Shown here one piece after another: positions 1 through 7,391 of a DNA stretch of 64,000 bases. Made by a program: the position numbers and the translations under genes. The DNA comes from Verrucomicrobiia bacterium (lineage in GTDB: Bacteria; Verrucomicrobiota; Verrucomicrobiia; Limisphaerales; UBA11358), in the NCBI GenBank assembly GCA_035945675.1, contig DASZAB010000025.1, positions 1,108-65,107 on the forward strand. The letters are read 5' to 3'. Each line of letters starts with the position of its first letter. Position 1 is the stretch's first letter. The notes beneath the pieces are model-generated. The model was not told the origin of the DNA. It did no database searches and worked only from the letters and a program-made list of their open reading frames with translations.

Positions 1-909
1 AAGTTTCATTACGATAGCGTCAGGCAGACGCAAAAGTGGCTCGCATTGCACCAGGCGTATTCGCCGACGCGGAATGACACGGATTGCCGGACGATTTATG
101 TAAAGGGGTTCAAGGCGGTGGCGGCACAAATCAAATCACGGCGCGTGGACGTCGTCGGCCTCGGTTGCGGCGGCGGCCAAAAGGACACGCGACTGCTGAA
201 ACGGCTGAAAGCCCGTGGCAAAGAGGTTTTTTATACGCCCTGTGACGTAAGCACCGCCATGGTTTTAACCGCCCGCCAAACAGCGTTAACCGTTTTGTCG
301 GGGGATAAGTGCTTTCCCTTAGTCTGTGATCTGGCAACGACCGACGATTTGGGAAATTTGATCGGATCGGCGCGCTGCGCCGGCCGGACCCCGCGGCGCA
401 GCGTCCCGGCCATTCCACGCCTCGTCACTTTCTTCGGCATGATTCCGAATTTCGAGCCGCAGCATATTTTGCCAAAACTCGCGTCGTTGATTCGGCAGAA
501 AGACTTTTTGCTGTTCAGCGCCAATCTTGCCCCCGGTTCCGACTACGGCGCCGGCCTGAAAAGGATTCTGCCGCAATACGACAACACTTTGACCCGCGAC
601 TGGCTGATGACATTCCTGCTCGATCTGGGCGTCGAACGACGGGACGGCGATTTGAAGTTTACGATTGAAGACGGCCGGTTGGGGTTGAAACGCGTGGTGG
701 CCCGTTTCCATTTCCGCCGCGCGTGTCGGGTTGAAATTGAAGACAAAGCGTTCAATTTCAAGATTGGCGATTCAATCCAGCTATTCTTTTCCTACCGTTA
801 TACGCCGGAGCGCGTCCGCAAGGTTCTTGCGCGTTACAGTTTGAAGGTTTGCAGCCAGTGGATCGTGAAGTCGGAGGAGGAAGGCGTGTTTTTAGTCGGT
901 CGTGCGTAG
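1..909 (+). CDS. SAM-dependent methyltransferase, EgtD / histidine-N-methyltransferase-like; 5' end runs off the window
   Basis: Frame 1 is open from nt 1 (KFHYDSVRQTQKWLALHQAYSPTR) into ORF 46..909. The K-F-x-Y-D ... Y-x-P-T-R N-terminus and the VVGLGCGGGQKDTRLL glycine loop resemble EgtD-type methyltransferases from memory. Confidence 0.5.
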   Translation, partial: KFHYDSVRQTQKWLALHQAYSPTRNDTDCRTIYVKGFKAVAAQIKSRRVDVVGLGCGGGQKDTRLLKRLKARGKEVFYTPCDVSTAMVLTARQTALTVLSGDKCFPLVCDLATTDDLGNLIGSARCAGRTPRRSVPAIPRLVTFFGMIPNFEPQHILPKLASLIRQKDFLLFSANLAPGSDYGAGLKRILPQYDNTLTRDWLMTFLLDLGVERRDGDLKFTIEDGRLGLKRVVARFHFRRACRVEIEDKAFNFKIGDSIQLFFSYRYTPERVRKVLARYSLKVCSQWIVKSEEEGVFLVGRA

Positions 910-960
910 CCGCGTTGGTGACAACGCGGATTGGTCCGCCGTTTCACAACGGCGGCTGTG

Positions 961-1848
961 TTAATAGACCTTCATCGTTTCCAGCACCGCCTTGATGCGG
1001 GGGACTTCGTGCGTGCGGAACAGGTCGGTTTTCCCCAGTGCCGCCAGCACGGCAAAAAACGGTTCAGCACAGCGGACTTCGTCGCGGAAGAATTCAAATG
1101 CGTGGGGCAGGGCATGGCAGATGGGAAAACCCAGTGTCCGCAGCCGGAACGTGTTCAGGAAAACCTTCATTTGATGCCGCACGCGCACGGCGTTGTCCTG
1201 CAGATTGCGGTAATAGAAACCGAGACCCGGATCGAGCAGGATTTTCGCCACGCCGTGGCGTTGCGCGATCTCAATCCGGCGCGAAAAGTATTCGCGCATC
1301 TGCTCAACCGGATCGCCGCTCAAATCGAAATCGCCGACGTCACGGACGTTTTTGCCCTGCACGTAACAGAGGATGACCGCGGCATCGTGCGCGGCGACCA
1401 TGCGGAAAAGGTCATCGCCGCCTGCCGTACCGGTGAGGTTCAGGACATTCGCGCCGGCTTCCAGACACGCGCGTGTGACGGCAGCCTGGTAGGTTTCCAC
1501 GGAAACCAGGATATGGGCGGCGCGCAATTCCTTGATGACCGGCAATAATTGCGAATTCTGCGCCGACTCGCCGACGCGCGCGGCATGGGCCAGGGTGGAT
1601 TCCGCGCCGACGTCCACGATGTCCGCACCCTGGGCGGTTAAAACCCTGGCGCGCCGGACCGCGGCTCCCGCCGTCAGGCAGACGCTTTCGCGATACCAGG
1701 AGTCAGTGGACAGATTGACGACGCCCATGATGGCGGGCCGGGAATTGAAGGCGAAGGGCTTGCCGCCGATGGGAAATTCCTTTACCGGCGCGGACACGGC
1801 CTCCCGGTTTTTCGCCAGCAGTTCCGCAAGGTCTTCAAGCCTCAACAT
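961..1848 (-). CDS. Pterin-binding / dihydropteroate synthase-like protein (divergent)
   Basis: IMGVVNLSTDSWY, GADIVDVGAEST, VSVETYQAAV..AGANVLNLTG, LLDPGLGF and THEV align with the DHPS motifs IMGILNVTPDSF, GADIIDIGGESTRPG, ISIDT, DPGIGF and VHDV. The STRPG and SRK motifs are not conserved. Confidence 0.65.
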   Translation of the reverse strand: MLRLEDLAELLAKNREAVSAPVKEFPIGGKPFAFNSRPAIMGVVNLSTDSWYRESVCLTAGAAVRRARVLTAQGADIVDVGAESTLAHAARVGESAQNSQLLPVIKELRAAHILVSVETYQAAVTRACLEAGANVLNLTGTAGGDDLFRMVAAHDAAVILCYVQGKNVRDVGDFDLSGDPVEQMREYFSRRIEIAQRHGVAKILLDPGLGFYYRNLQDNAVRVRHQMKVFLNTFRLRTLGFPICHALPHAFEFFRDEVRCAEPFFAVLAALGKTDLFRTHEVPRIKAVLETMKVY

Positions 1849-1856
1849 GCCGGATT

Positions 1857-1884
1857 ATCGTAAATCGTAAACCGCCAATCGTAA
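1857..1884. repeat. 4 x 7-mer array, ATCGTAA family
   Basis: atcgtaa|atcgtaa|accgcca|atcgtaa. It lies 9 nt from the DHPS-like start codon and about 118 nt upstream of the first WXG100-like gene. Confidence 0.75.
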
Positions 1885-2001
1885 ATGGAAAGTGGCGTTC
1901 CATTGCGAATATTGCCGTTCGCCCAGGTTGGAATTATGATAGCTTGATGGCAAATGACTGGCAATAATGGGGGCGGACAACCATAAACTAGAGGAAACAC
2001 G

Positions 2002-2274
2002 ATGGCACAAGCAATCATGGATCCGGAAAAGGTGCGGCGGTTCGCGGAAGAGCTGCAGCGGTTCAACAGCGACCTGGAAAATCGAATGATCCTGTTGCAG
2101 GCGCGCTTCGGCGCCTTGGGCGATACCTGGCAGGATCAGGAGCACGAGAAATTCTCCGACGAGTTCAAACAGGCGATGAAGGCGTTGAAGAAATTCATTG
2201 AACTATCGAAGGTGCACACGCCTTACCTGTTGCGAAAAGCCCAGCGCATCGAGGAATACCTCCACCAGCGTTGA
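2002..2274 (+). CDS. WXG100 (ESAT-6/EsxA)-like small helical-hairpin protein, with W-Q-D in place of W-x-G
   Basis: 90 aa. It aligns without gaps to my memory of S. aureus EsxA: IMDPEKVR vs IKMSPEEIR; the Trp falls at the same position (GDTWQDQEHEKFSDEFKQ vs AANWEGQAFSRFEEQFQQ); KKF matches EKF. A GAGG sits 7 nt upstream of the ATG. Confidence 0.75.
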   Translation: MAQAIMDPEKVRRFAEELQRFNSDLENRMILLQARFGALGDTWQDQEHEKFSDEFKQAMKALKKFIELSKVHTPYLLRKAQRIEEYLHQR

Positions 2275-2278
2275 CGTC

Positions 2279-2779
2279 ATGGCCGCGCAAGCCCAAGTCA
2301 CTTCCGTCGAGGCGATTGAATCATTCCGCGCCAGTTTGATTGTATTTCTGAGCAAGGTGCGCCCGACGCTGGAAGAGGTGAGCGACGAGGTGATGCGCCT
2401 GCAATTCTGGCTCCAGAACGATCAACGGCGCCACTGGGAAAGCGAGTTGCGCAAGCGCGGCCTGAAACTCGAGGAAGCCAAACGTGAGCTGTTTAACACG
2501 GCGCTTTCCCACCTGCAGGAGGCGACGGCGCTGCAACACATGGCCGTGCAACGGGCGCAACACGCCGTCGGGGATGCGGAGCATAAACTCGACACCTTGA
2601 AAAGATGGGAACGGGGGCTGGAAGACCGCACGGCCCCCATGGTCAAACAACTGGAGGAGTTTCAGGGATTTCTGACCGTTGAGATGGGCAGGGCGGTCAC
2701 GCAACTGGTTCAAACCATCAAGGCCCTGGAGGCGTACACCAAACTCGGCGACGCCGGCCGGGAAGGAGCGCCGCCATGA
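2279..2779 (+). CDS. All-helical / coiled-coil hypothetical protein within the WXG100-ATPase module
   Basis: The ATG at 2279 is 5 nt after the upstream stop, and the gene ends in an ATGA overlap with the next gene. The composition is heptad-like and rich in charged residues and Leu, with no recognisable domain. The 2198 start in the ORF track would overlap the previous gene. Confidence 0.6.
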   Translation: MAAQAQVTSVEAIESFRASLIVFLSKVRPTLEEVSDEVMRLQFWLQNDQRRHWESELRKRGLKLEEAKRELFNTALSHLQEATALQHMAVQRAQHAVGDAEHKLDTLKRWERGLEDRTAPMVKQLEEFQGFLTVEMGRAVTQLVQTIKALEAYTKLGDAGREGAPP

Positions 2780-2988
2780 ATTTGAGCGGGAACAAAAGCC
2801 GGCTGGTGGCAAGCGCCCGGGAACTTTCGTTGAAATGGACGGAGACCAAAAACTACTGGCGGGACGACAAGAGCCGGGAATTCGAGCACCGGTACCTGGA
2901 GGAATTATTTATTCGCGTGGACAAGACGGTTGCCATCATTGAGAAGCTGGATGAAATTTTAAAAAGAGTCAGGAGCGACTGTGAATAG
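2776..2988 (+). CDS. Short WXG100-like protein (W-R-D turn)
   Basis: 70 aa. KNYWRDDKSREFEHRYLEEL aligns with EsxA NWEGQAFSRFEEQFQQL, with the Trp and the Phe at +8 conserved. It is translationally coupled on both sides. Confidence 0.55.
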   Translation: MNLSGNKSRLVASARELSLKWTETKNYWRDDKSREFEHRYLEELFIRVDKTVAIIEKLDEILKRVRSDCE

Positions 2989-5900
2989 GAATCCGGGTGT
3001 CGGTGAAATGCTCGCCTTGCTGGACGCGCTCAAGAGCGCGGTCGAGGATTTTGCAGCGCGGGAGGAGAAGTTAAACCACGATTTCCTGACCCGTTCCGCC
3101 GCCGAGCTCGATGCCTTTGAATCCGCCAAACTGGAACAGCAATCAAAACACGCTGAAGCCCTCGCGGCGGCGGAGGTGGAATCGGAAGCCGAAAGAAACC
3201 GGGGCAATGCCCGGTTCGAAAGGCGCAAGGTTCAAATCAACCGGGCGCATAGCTCGATGAATCAGCGGGTGCTGGACGAAGGCAGTTCCCGGGAAGGAGA
3301 ACTCAAACAAAGGATCCGGAAAAATTCGACGGAGGCCGAACAGCGGCGGGATAACGATTTGGCCAATGCCGCCGCGACTTTTGAGTGGCTCCAGCAGAAG
3401 CTAAACGAGAGCGACGCGGACTTCCGCCGCCTGGAAAAGAGCGCTCGACGGGCCTTTCGCGGCTACGGCATGTTTCGCAGGTTGCTCCGCCGGCACCGGC
3501 AACCGGGCGAACCCGGCCTTTCGCAGGATGAAAATCAGTTGTTCGAGGAATTTCGGCGTTTAGAGTCCAAAAGCCGTGACGACCTGGCCCGGTTCCGAAA
3601 ACAACTGCTCCCATGGATATTCCGATTCCTACCGATCTCCCTGGTGATTCTGTTGCTGTTGGGTGCCATCGGGGCCGTTCCGATGCTCCAACATTTTGGC
3701 CGGAACACAGTTTCCTGGTCGCAAGCCGGCCCGGTTGCCTTTGGGCTGCTGGTGATTCTGGTCCTTTACTTCCAGGGCCGCCGTGCGGCCGCACCCGCCG
3801 CCGCGGTTATCGCCGAACAACTCGGAAAGGCGCGACGGCTGCTGGACGCCTGTCCGCAAAAAATCGCAGAACATTATCAGCGGGAGCAGGGGCGAATTCA
3901 TGTGGAATTCGATGCCACCACCCGTAATCTCAACCAGGAATGGAAACAAGGCGTGCGGCGGATCGTCAGCACCCGCGGCCTCCGGCCGATGGAGGTGGAT
4001 CAAAAAGCGCTTCAAGCCGGGCAAAAAAACGAGCAACACCGGCGGGCCGGTTTCGCCCGGATTGAACGCCGGCACCAGGAGAGAATTGCCGGTTTGCAGG
4101 CGGAAGCCGAGACACAGACCAGCCGGTTGGCCGACGTGCATGCGGGAAAGGTGGCCAGCCTCGAAAGCCAGCATCAAACCCAGTGGGCGGCGCTCGAATC
4201 GGAGTGGAAAAACAAAATCGAACCGCTGTTTGCAGAAATCCGCGCGGCCAAGGACGCCGCGGAACAACTTTTCCCGGGCTGGGAGTCGCCGTTCTGGCAG
4301 CAGTGGACGCCGCCCGAACAATTCAAGAATGCCGCGCGTTTTGGCCAGCTGGAAGTGGCGCTGGAAACTTTTGCTGAAAAGCTGCCCAAAGACCGGCGAC
4401 TGCCGCTACCCGGGCCGGCCAACTTCACCGTTCCCTTGTCGCTGGTTTATCCACTGCAGGGGTCCATTCTTTTTGAAACCGGCAAGACCGGCGGCAACGA
4501 GGCCGTGGCCGCGATCAATAACATCATCTTCCGGCTGTTGTCCACCACGCCGCCGGGCAAGGTGACCTTCACGATTTTTGACCCGGTCGGGCTCGGTCAG
4601 AATTTCGCGGCGCTGATGCATCTGGCCGATTACGAGGAAAGTTACATCAACAGCCGCATCTGGACGCAGACCGTGCAGTTTGAGGAAAAACTCGCGGAAC
4701 TGAACGAACACATGGAAAAAGTCATCCAGATGTATCTGCGCAACGAGTACGCGACGATTTCGGAATATAACGCCGAAGCCGGCGCCATTGCCGAAAAATA
4801 TCATTTTCTCGTCATCGCTTCGTTTCCGGTAAACTTCAGCGAAACCGCCGCGCGGCGGCTCCGGAACATCGCCGCCAGCGGTGCGCGTTGCGGCGTTTAC
4901 ACGCTGATCCAGTGGGACCAGCGGCAGGCTCCGCCGCAGGAATTTGTTCCCGATGAACTCCGTAAAAACAGCGTTTGCCTGGCGCCAACCGAAAAAGGTT
5001 TCAGGCTGTCTGCCTGGCATGCCCCGGGAACCCGGTTGCTGCTCGATCCGCCGCCGCCGTCCGAAACTGCCACTCATTTTCTCCATCAAATGGGCGAGAG
5101 CGGCAAGGATTCCACAAGAGTCGAAGTGCCCTTTGAACAGGTGGCACCGCCGGAGGCTGATTTCTGGCAGGAAGACACGACCAACGAACTGCGTGTGCCG
5201 ATTGGCCGTACCGGCGCCACCAAGTTTCAATATCTCGCCATCGGCAAGGCCACGCGCCAGCACGGCTTGATTGCCGGCAAGACCGGTTCGGGCAAATCCA
5301 CCCTCTTTCACGTCATTGTCACCAACCTGGCATTGTGGTGCAGTCCCGAGCAGGTCGAGTTCTATCTGGTGGACTTCAAAAAGGGTGTGGAATTCAAGTG
5401 CTACGCCACCCGCCGGTTGCCGCACGCAAAAGTCGTTGCCATTGAGAGCGATCGCGCTTTCGGCTTGAGCGTGCTCGAACGCGTTGATGCGGAATTGCGT
5501 CGCCGCGGCGATTTGTTCCGCAAGGTGGGCGCACAGGATTTGGCCGGATACAAACGGGCGGGCGGAACCGAACCCATGCCACGGTCCCTGTTGATGATTG
5601 ATGAATTTCAGGAATTTTTTGTGGAGGAAGACCGTGTTTCCCAGGGCGCGGCCGTTTTGCTGGATCGCATCATCCGGCAAGGCCGCGCGATTGGCATTCA
5701 CGTGCTGCTCGGCTCGCAAACCCTGGGCGGCGCCTATACCCTGGCCCGCGCGACCATCGGTCAGATGGTCATCCGCATCGCGCTCCAGTGCAACGAGGCC
5801 GATGCCTACCTGATCATGGACCAGGACAATCCCGCGCCGCGTCTGCTGTCCCGGCCCGGTGAGGGGATTTACAACGACACGGCGGGATCCATTGAAGGCA

Positions 5901-6883
5901 ACAGCCCGTTTCAAACGGTTTGGTTGCCCGACTTTGAGCGCGACCGCTATCTGGCAAAAATCCGCGAGCGCGCCGACAAAAGCCGTTATCCGGGGCCGAT
6001 TGTGTTTGAAGGCAACGCCCCGGCGGATATTGGAGAAAATCTTCCGTTGCGCGCGGTGCTGGAATCTCCCGCCGCTAAACCGGCCGTGCCGGCGCGCATC
6101 TGGCTGGGGGCGCCCAATTCCATCAAGGGACCCACCGAGGCCGTCTTTCAAAGACAGAGCGGCAGCAACCTGCTGATTGTGGGGCAGAGTGAAGAACGCA
6201 CGCTGACGCTCCTGTCGGTGGCCCTGGTCTCGCTGTCGGCGCAATACCCGCCGGGAAGTGCGCGCTTCCTCATGCTCGACAGCACGCCGCCCGGCTTGCC
6301 GCAACATGAATTTCTGCAGCGCATCCTCCGGTCCCTCCCGCATGGAGTAACGCAGGTCAACCACAGCAATCTCGATGAGCTCATGAACGGTTTGGCGGAA
6401 GAACTGAAGCGGCGCACCGATGATGAAAAAATGAAATCGCCGGAGATATTCATTCTGGTCCAGGGTTTGCAGAATTTCAAAAGGCTCCGGCAGGAGGATG
6501 AATTCAGTTTTTCCTCCAGCGATGCCGGGACCGCCGCCAATCCGGCGGCGGTGCTTTTCAATCTTATCAGCGAAGGGCCGGGGCGCGGCATTCATGTGAT
6601 TGCCGCCTGCGACACCTATAACAACGTGACCCGTTTTCTGGGTCGAAAGGCCTTGAGCGAATTCGAGATGCGCGTGCTCTTCCAGATGAGTGCCAGCGAT
6701 TCCGCCAGTTTGATTGACAATCCGGATGCGGCCACCCTCGGACTGCATCGTGCGCTCTTTTACAACGACCGGGAAGGTTATCTCGAAACCTTCCGCCCCT
6801 ATGCGCAGCCCGGCAGCGAATGGATTGAAGAAGTCGCGCGGGATCTGGCGTCTCGGGGGATGGTCCATCCCATGAAAAGCTGA
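2981..6883 (+). CDS. Membrane-anchored FtsK/SpoIIIE-family ATPase, EssC/EccC-like (type VII secretion-like)
   Basis: 1300 aa. Two hydrophobic helices (LLPWIFRFLPISLVILLLLGAIGAV, AGPVAFGLLVILVLYF) lie between long coiled coils. Three FtsK-like P-loop domains follow. The first is degenerate (ETGKTGGNEA; about nt 4480). The second is canonical: Walker A GKTGSGKST at nt 5276-5302, Walker B LLMIDEFQEF, then GRAIGIHVLLGSQ. The third is degenerate (LLIVGQSEERT, IFILVQGLQNF, GRGIHVIAACD). The GTG start overlaps the upstream stop; an alternative ATG is at 3008. Confidence 0.85.
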   Translation: MNRNPGVGEMLALLDALKSAVEDFAAREEKLNHDFLTRSAAELDAFESAKLEQQSKHAEALAAAEVESEAERNRGNARFERRKVQINRAHSSMNQRVLDEGSSREGELKQRIRKNSTEAEQRRDNDLANAAATFEWLQQKLNESDADFRRLEKSARRAFRGYGMFRRLLRRHRQPGEPGLSQDENQLFEEFRRLESKSRDDLARFRKQLLPWIFRFLPISLVILLLLGAIGAVPMLQHFGRNTVSWSQAGPVAFGLLVILVLYFQGRRAAAPAAAVIAEQLGKARRLLDACPQKIAEHYQREQGRIHVEFDATTRNLNQEWKQGVRRIVSTRGLRPMEVDQKALQAGQKNEQHRRAGFARIERRHQERIAGLQAEAETQTSRLADVHAGKVASLESQHQTQWAALESEWKNKIEPLFAEIRAAKDAAEQLFPGWESPFWQQWTPPEQFKNAARFGQLEVALETFAEKLPKDRRLPLPGPANFTVPLSLVYPLQGSILFETGKTGGNEAVAAINNIIFRLLSTTPPGKVTFTIFDPVGLGQNFAALMHLADYEESYINSRIWTQTVQFEEKLAELNEHMEKVIQMYLRNEYATISEYNAEAGAIAEKYHFLVIASFPVNFSETAARRLRNIAASGARCGVYTLIQWDQRQAPPQEFVPDELRKNSVCLAPTEKGFRLSAWHAPGTRLLLDPPPPSETATHFLHQMGESGKDSTRVEVPFEQVAPPEADFWQEDTTNELRVPIGRTGATKFQYLAIGKATRQHGLIAGKTGSGKSTLFHVIVTNLALWCSPEQVEFYLVDFKKGVEFKCYATRRLPHAKVVAIESDRAFGLSVLERVDAELRRRGDLFRKVGAQDLAGYKRAGGTEPMPRSLLMIDEFQEFFVEEDRVSQGAAVLLDRIIRQGRAIGIHVLLGSQTLGGAYTLARATIGQMVIRIALQCNEADAYLIMDQDNPAPRLLSRPGEGIYNDTAGSIEGNSPFQTVWLPDFERDRYLAKIRERADKSRYPGPIVFEGNAPADIGENLPLRAVLESPAAKPAVPARIWLGAPNSIKGPTEAVFQRQSGSNLLIVGQSEERTLTLLSVALVSLSAQYPPGSARFLMLDSTPPGLPQHEFLQRILRSLPHGVTQVNHSNLDELMNGLAEELKRRTDDEKMKSPEIFILVQGLQNFKRLRQEDEFSFSSSDAGTAANPAAVLFNLISEGPGRGIHVIAACDTYNNVTRFLGRKALSEFEMRVLFQMSASDSASLIDNPDAATLGLHRALFYNDREGYLETFRPYAQPGSEWIEEVARDLASRGMVHPMKS

Positions 6884-6901
6884 CACCGCTTTTTTGCGGT
6901 G
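6884..6901. terminator. Short hairpin between the ATPase stop and the tRNA 3' end (weak, possibly bidirectional)
   Basis: caccgc-tttttt-gcggtg gives a 6-bp stem. There is no clean U-tract after the stem on either strand. Confidence 0.3.
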
Positions 6902-6934
6902 GAAGATCGTCAATCGCCGATTGCAGATAAAAGC

Positions 6935-7011
6935 TGGCGCGCCCGCCGCGATTCGAACGCGGGACCACCTGCTTAGAAGGCAGATGCTCTATCCAACTGA
7001 GCTACGGGCGC
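6935..7011 (-). tRNA. tRNA-Arg (anticodon UCU), CCA encoded
   Basis: The reverse complement is GCGCCCG TA GCTC AGTTGGATA GAGC A TCTGC CTTCTAA GCAGG TGGTC CCGCG TTCGAAT CGCGG CGGGCGC GCCA. It folds by hand into a full cloverleaf; all four stems pair, and the TCT anticodon is preceded by U33. Confidence 0.95.
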
Positions 7012-7391
7012 AGCCAAAGGACATTAGTAGCTGGCCCGCGCCAGCGCAAGCGCCGGCTGGGATGGGAGCTTGATGGGCATTTAGCGAGCAGCCGGTTCCA
7101 GATTTCCGCCAGTCAGACTGGTTTGGTCTTTGAGAGAATGAGTCCGAGTGACTCCGAATTTAAAAACAACCAGATCTATTTTCGAAGCTTTCCGCTGCCG
7201 ATAAACGCCCTCACGGCAGGGTTTGTTAACTTTATCCAGGCAAATGGCTTGTAGATTTGCGACTAAATTTCCAGCGAAATAATGTTTGACTTTGAAGTTA
7301 TTTTATTGTACATATATTGTCACAAAACTGGGCAGATAACGTTGTTAATGTCGATGCAGTGGTTGTTGTTTATTATTAGCCATTAGGGATT

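Noticed and set aside
2198-2278. Longer N-terminus (MNYRRCTRLTCCEK...) for the 166-aa helical protein, as given in the ORF track
   Set aside because: It would overlap the last 77 nt of the preceding WXG100-like gene in another frame, and the extension is Cys/Arg/Thr-rich junk. An ATG at 2279 lies 5 nt after the upstream stop.
4406-6913. 835-aa ORF on the minus strand, antisense to the FtsK/SpoIIIE ATPase gene
   Set aside because: The product is Arg/Gly/His/Pro-rich low-complexity with no recognisable motif. The plus strand encodes clear Walker A/B and FtsK-family motifs over the same span. Long antisense ORFs are expected in high-GC DNA.
7286-7318. Sigma-70 promoter (TTGACT ... TACATA/TATATT) upstream of the DUF2167-like gene
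   Set aside because: The -35 hexamer is good, but the -10 assignment is ambiguous: 17-nt spacing gives TACATA and 21-nt spacing gives TATATT. In an AT-rich spacer such matches are expected by chance, so the evidence is too weak to list as a feature.
6884-7391. Prophage or integrative-element att site and integrase at the tRNA-Arg
   Set aside because: There is no integrase or recombinase ORF within the window. I found no direct repeat of the tRNA 3' half by eye on either side. The compositional break is kept as a finding, but a mobile-element call is not supported.
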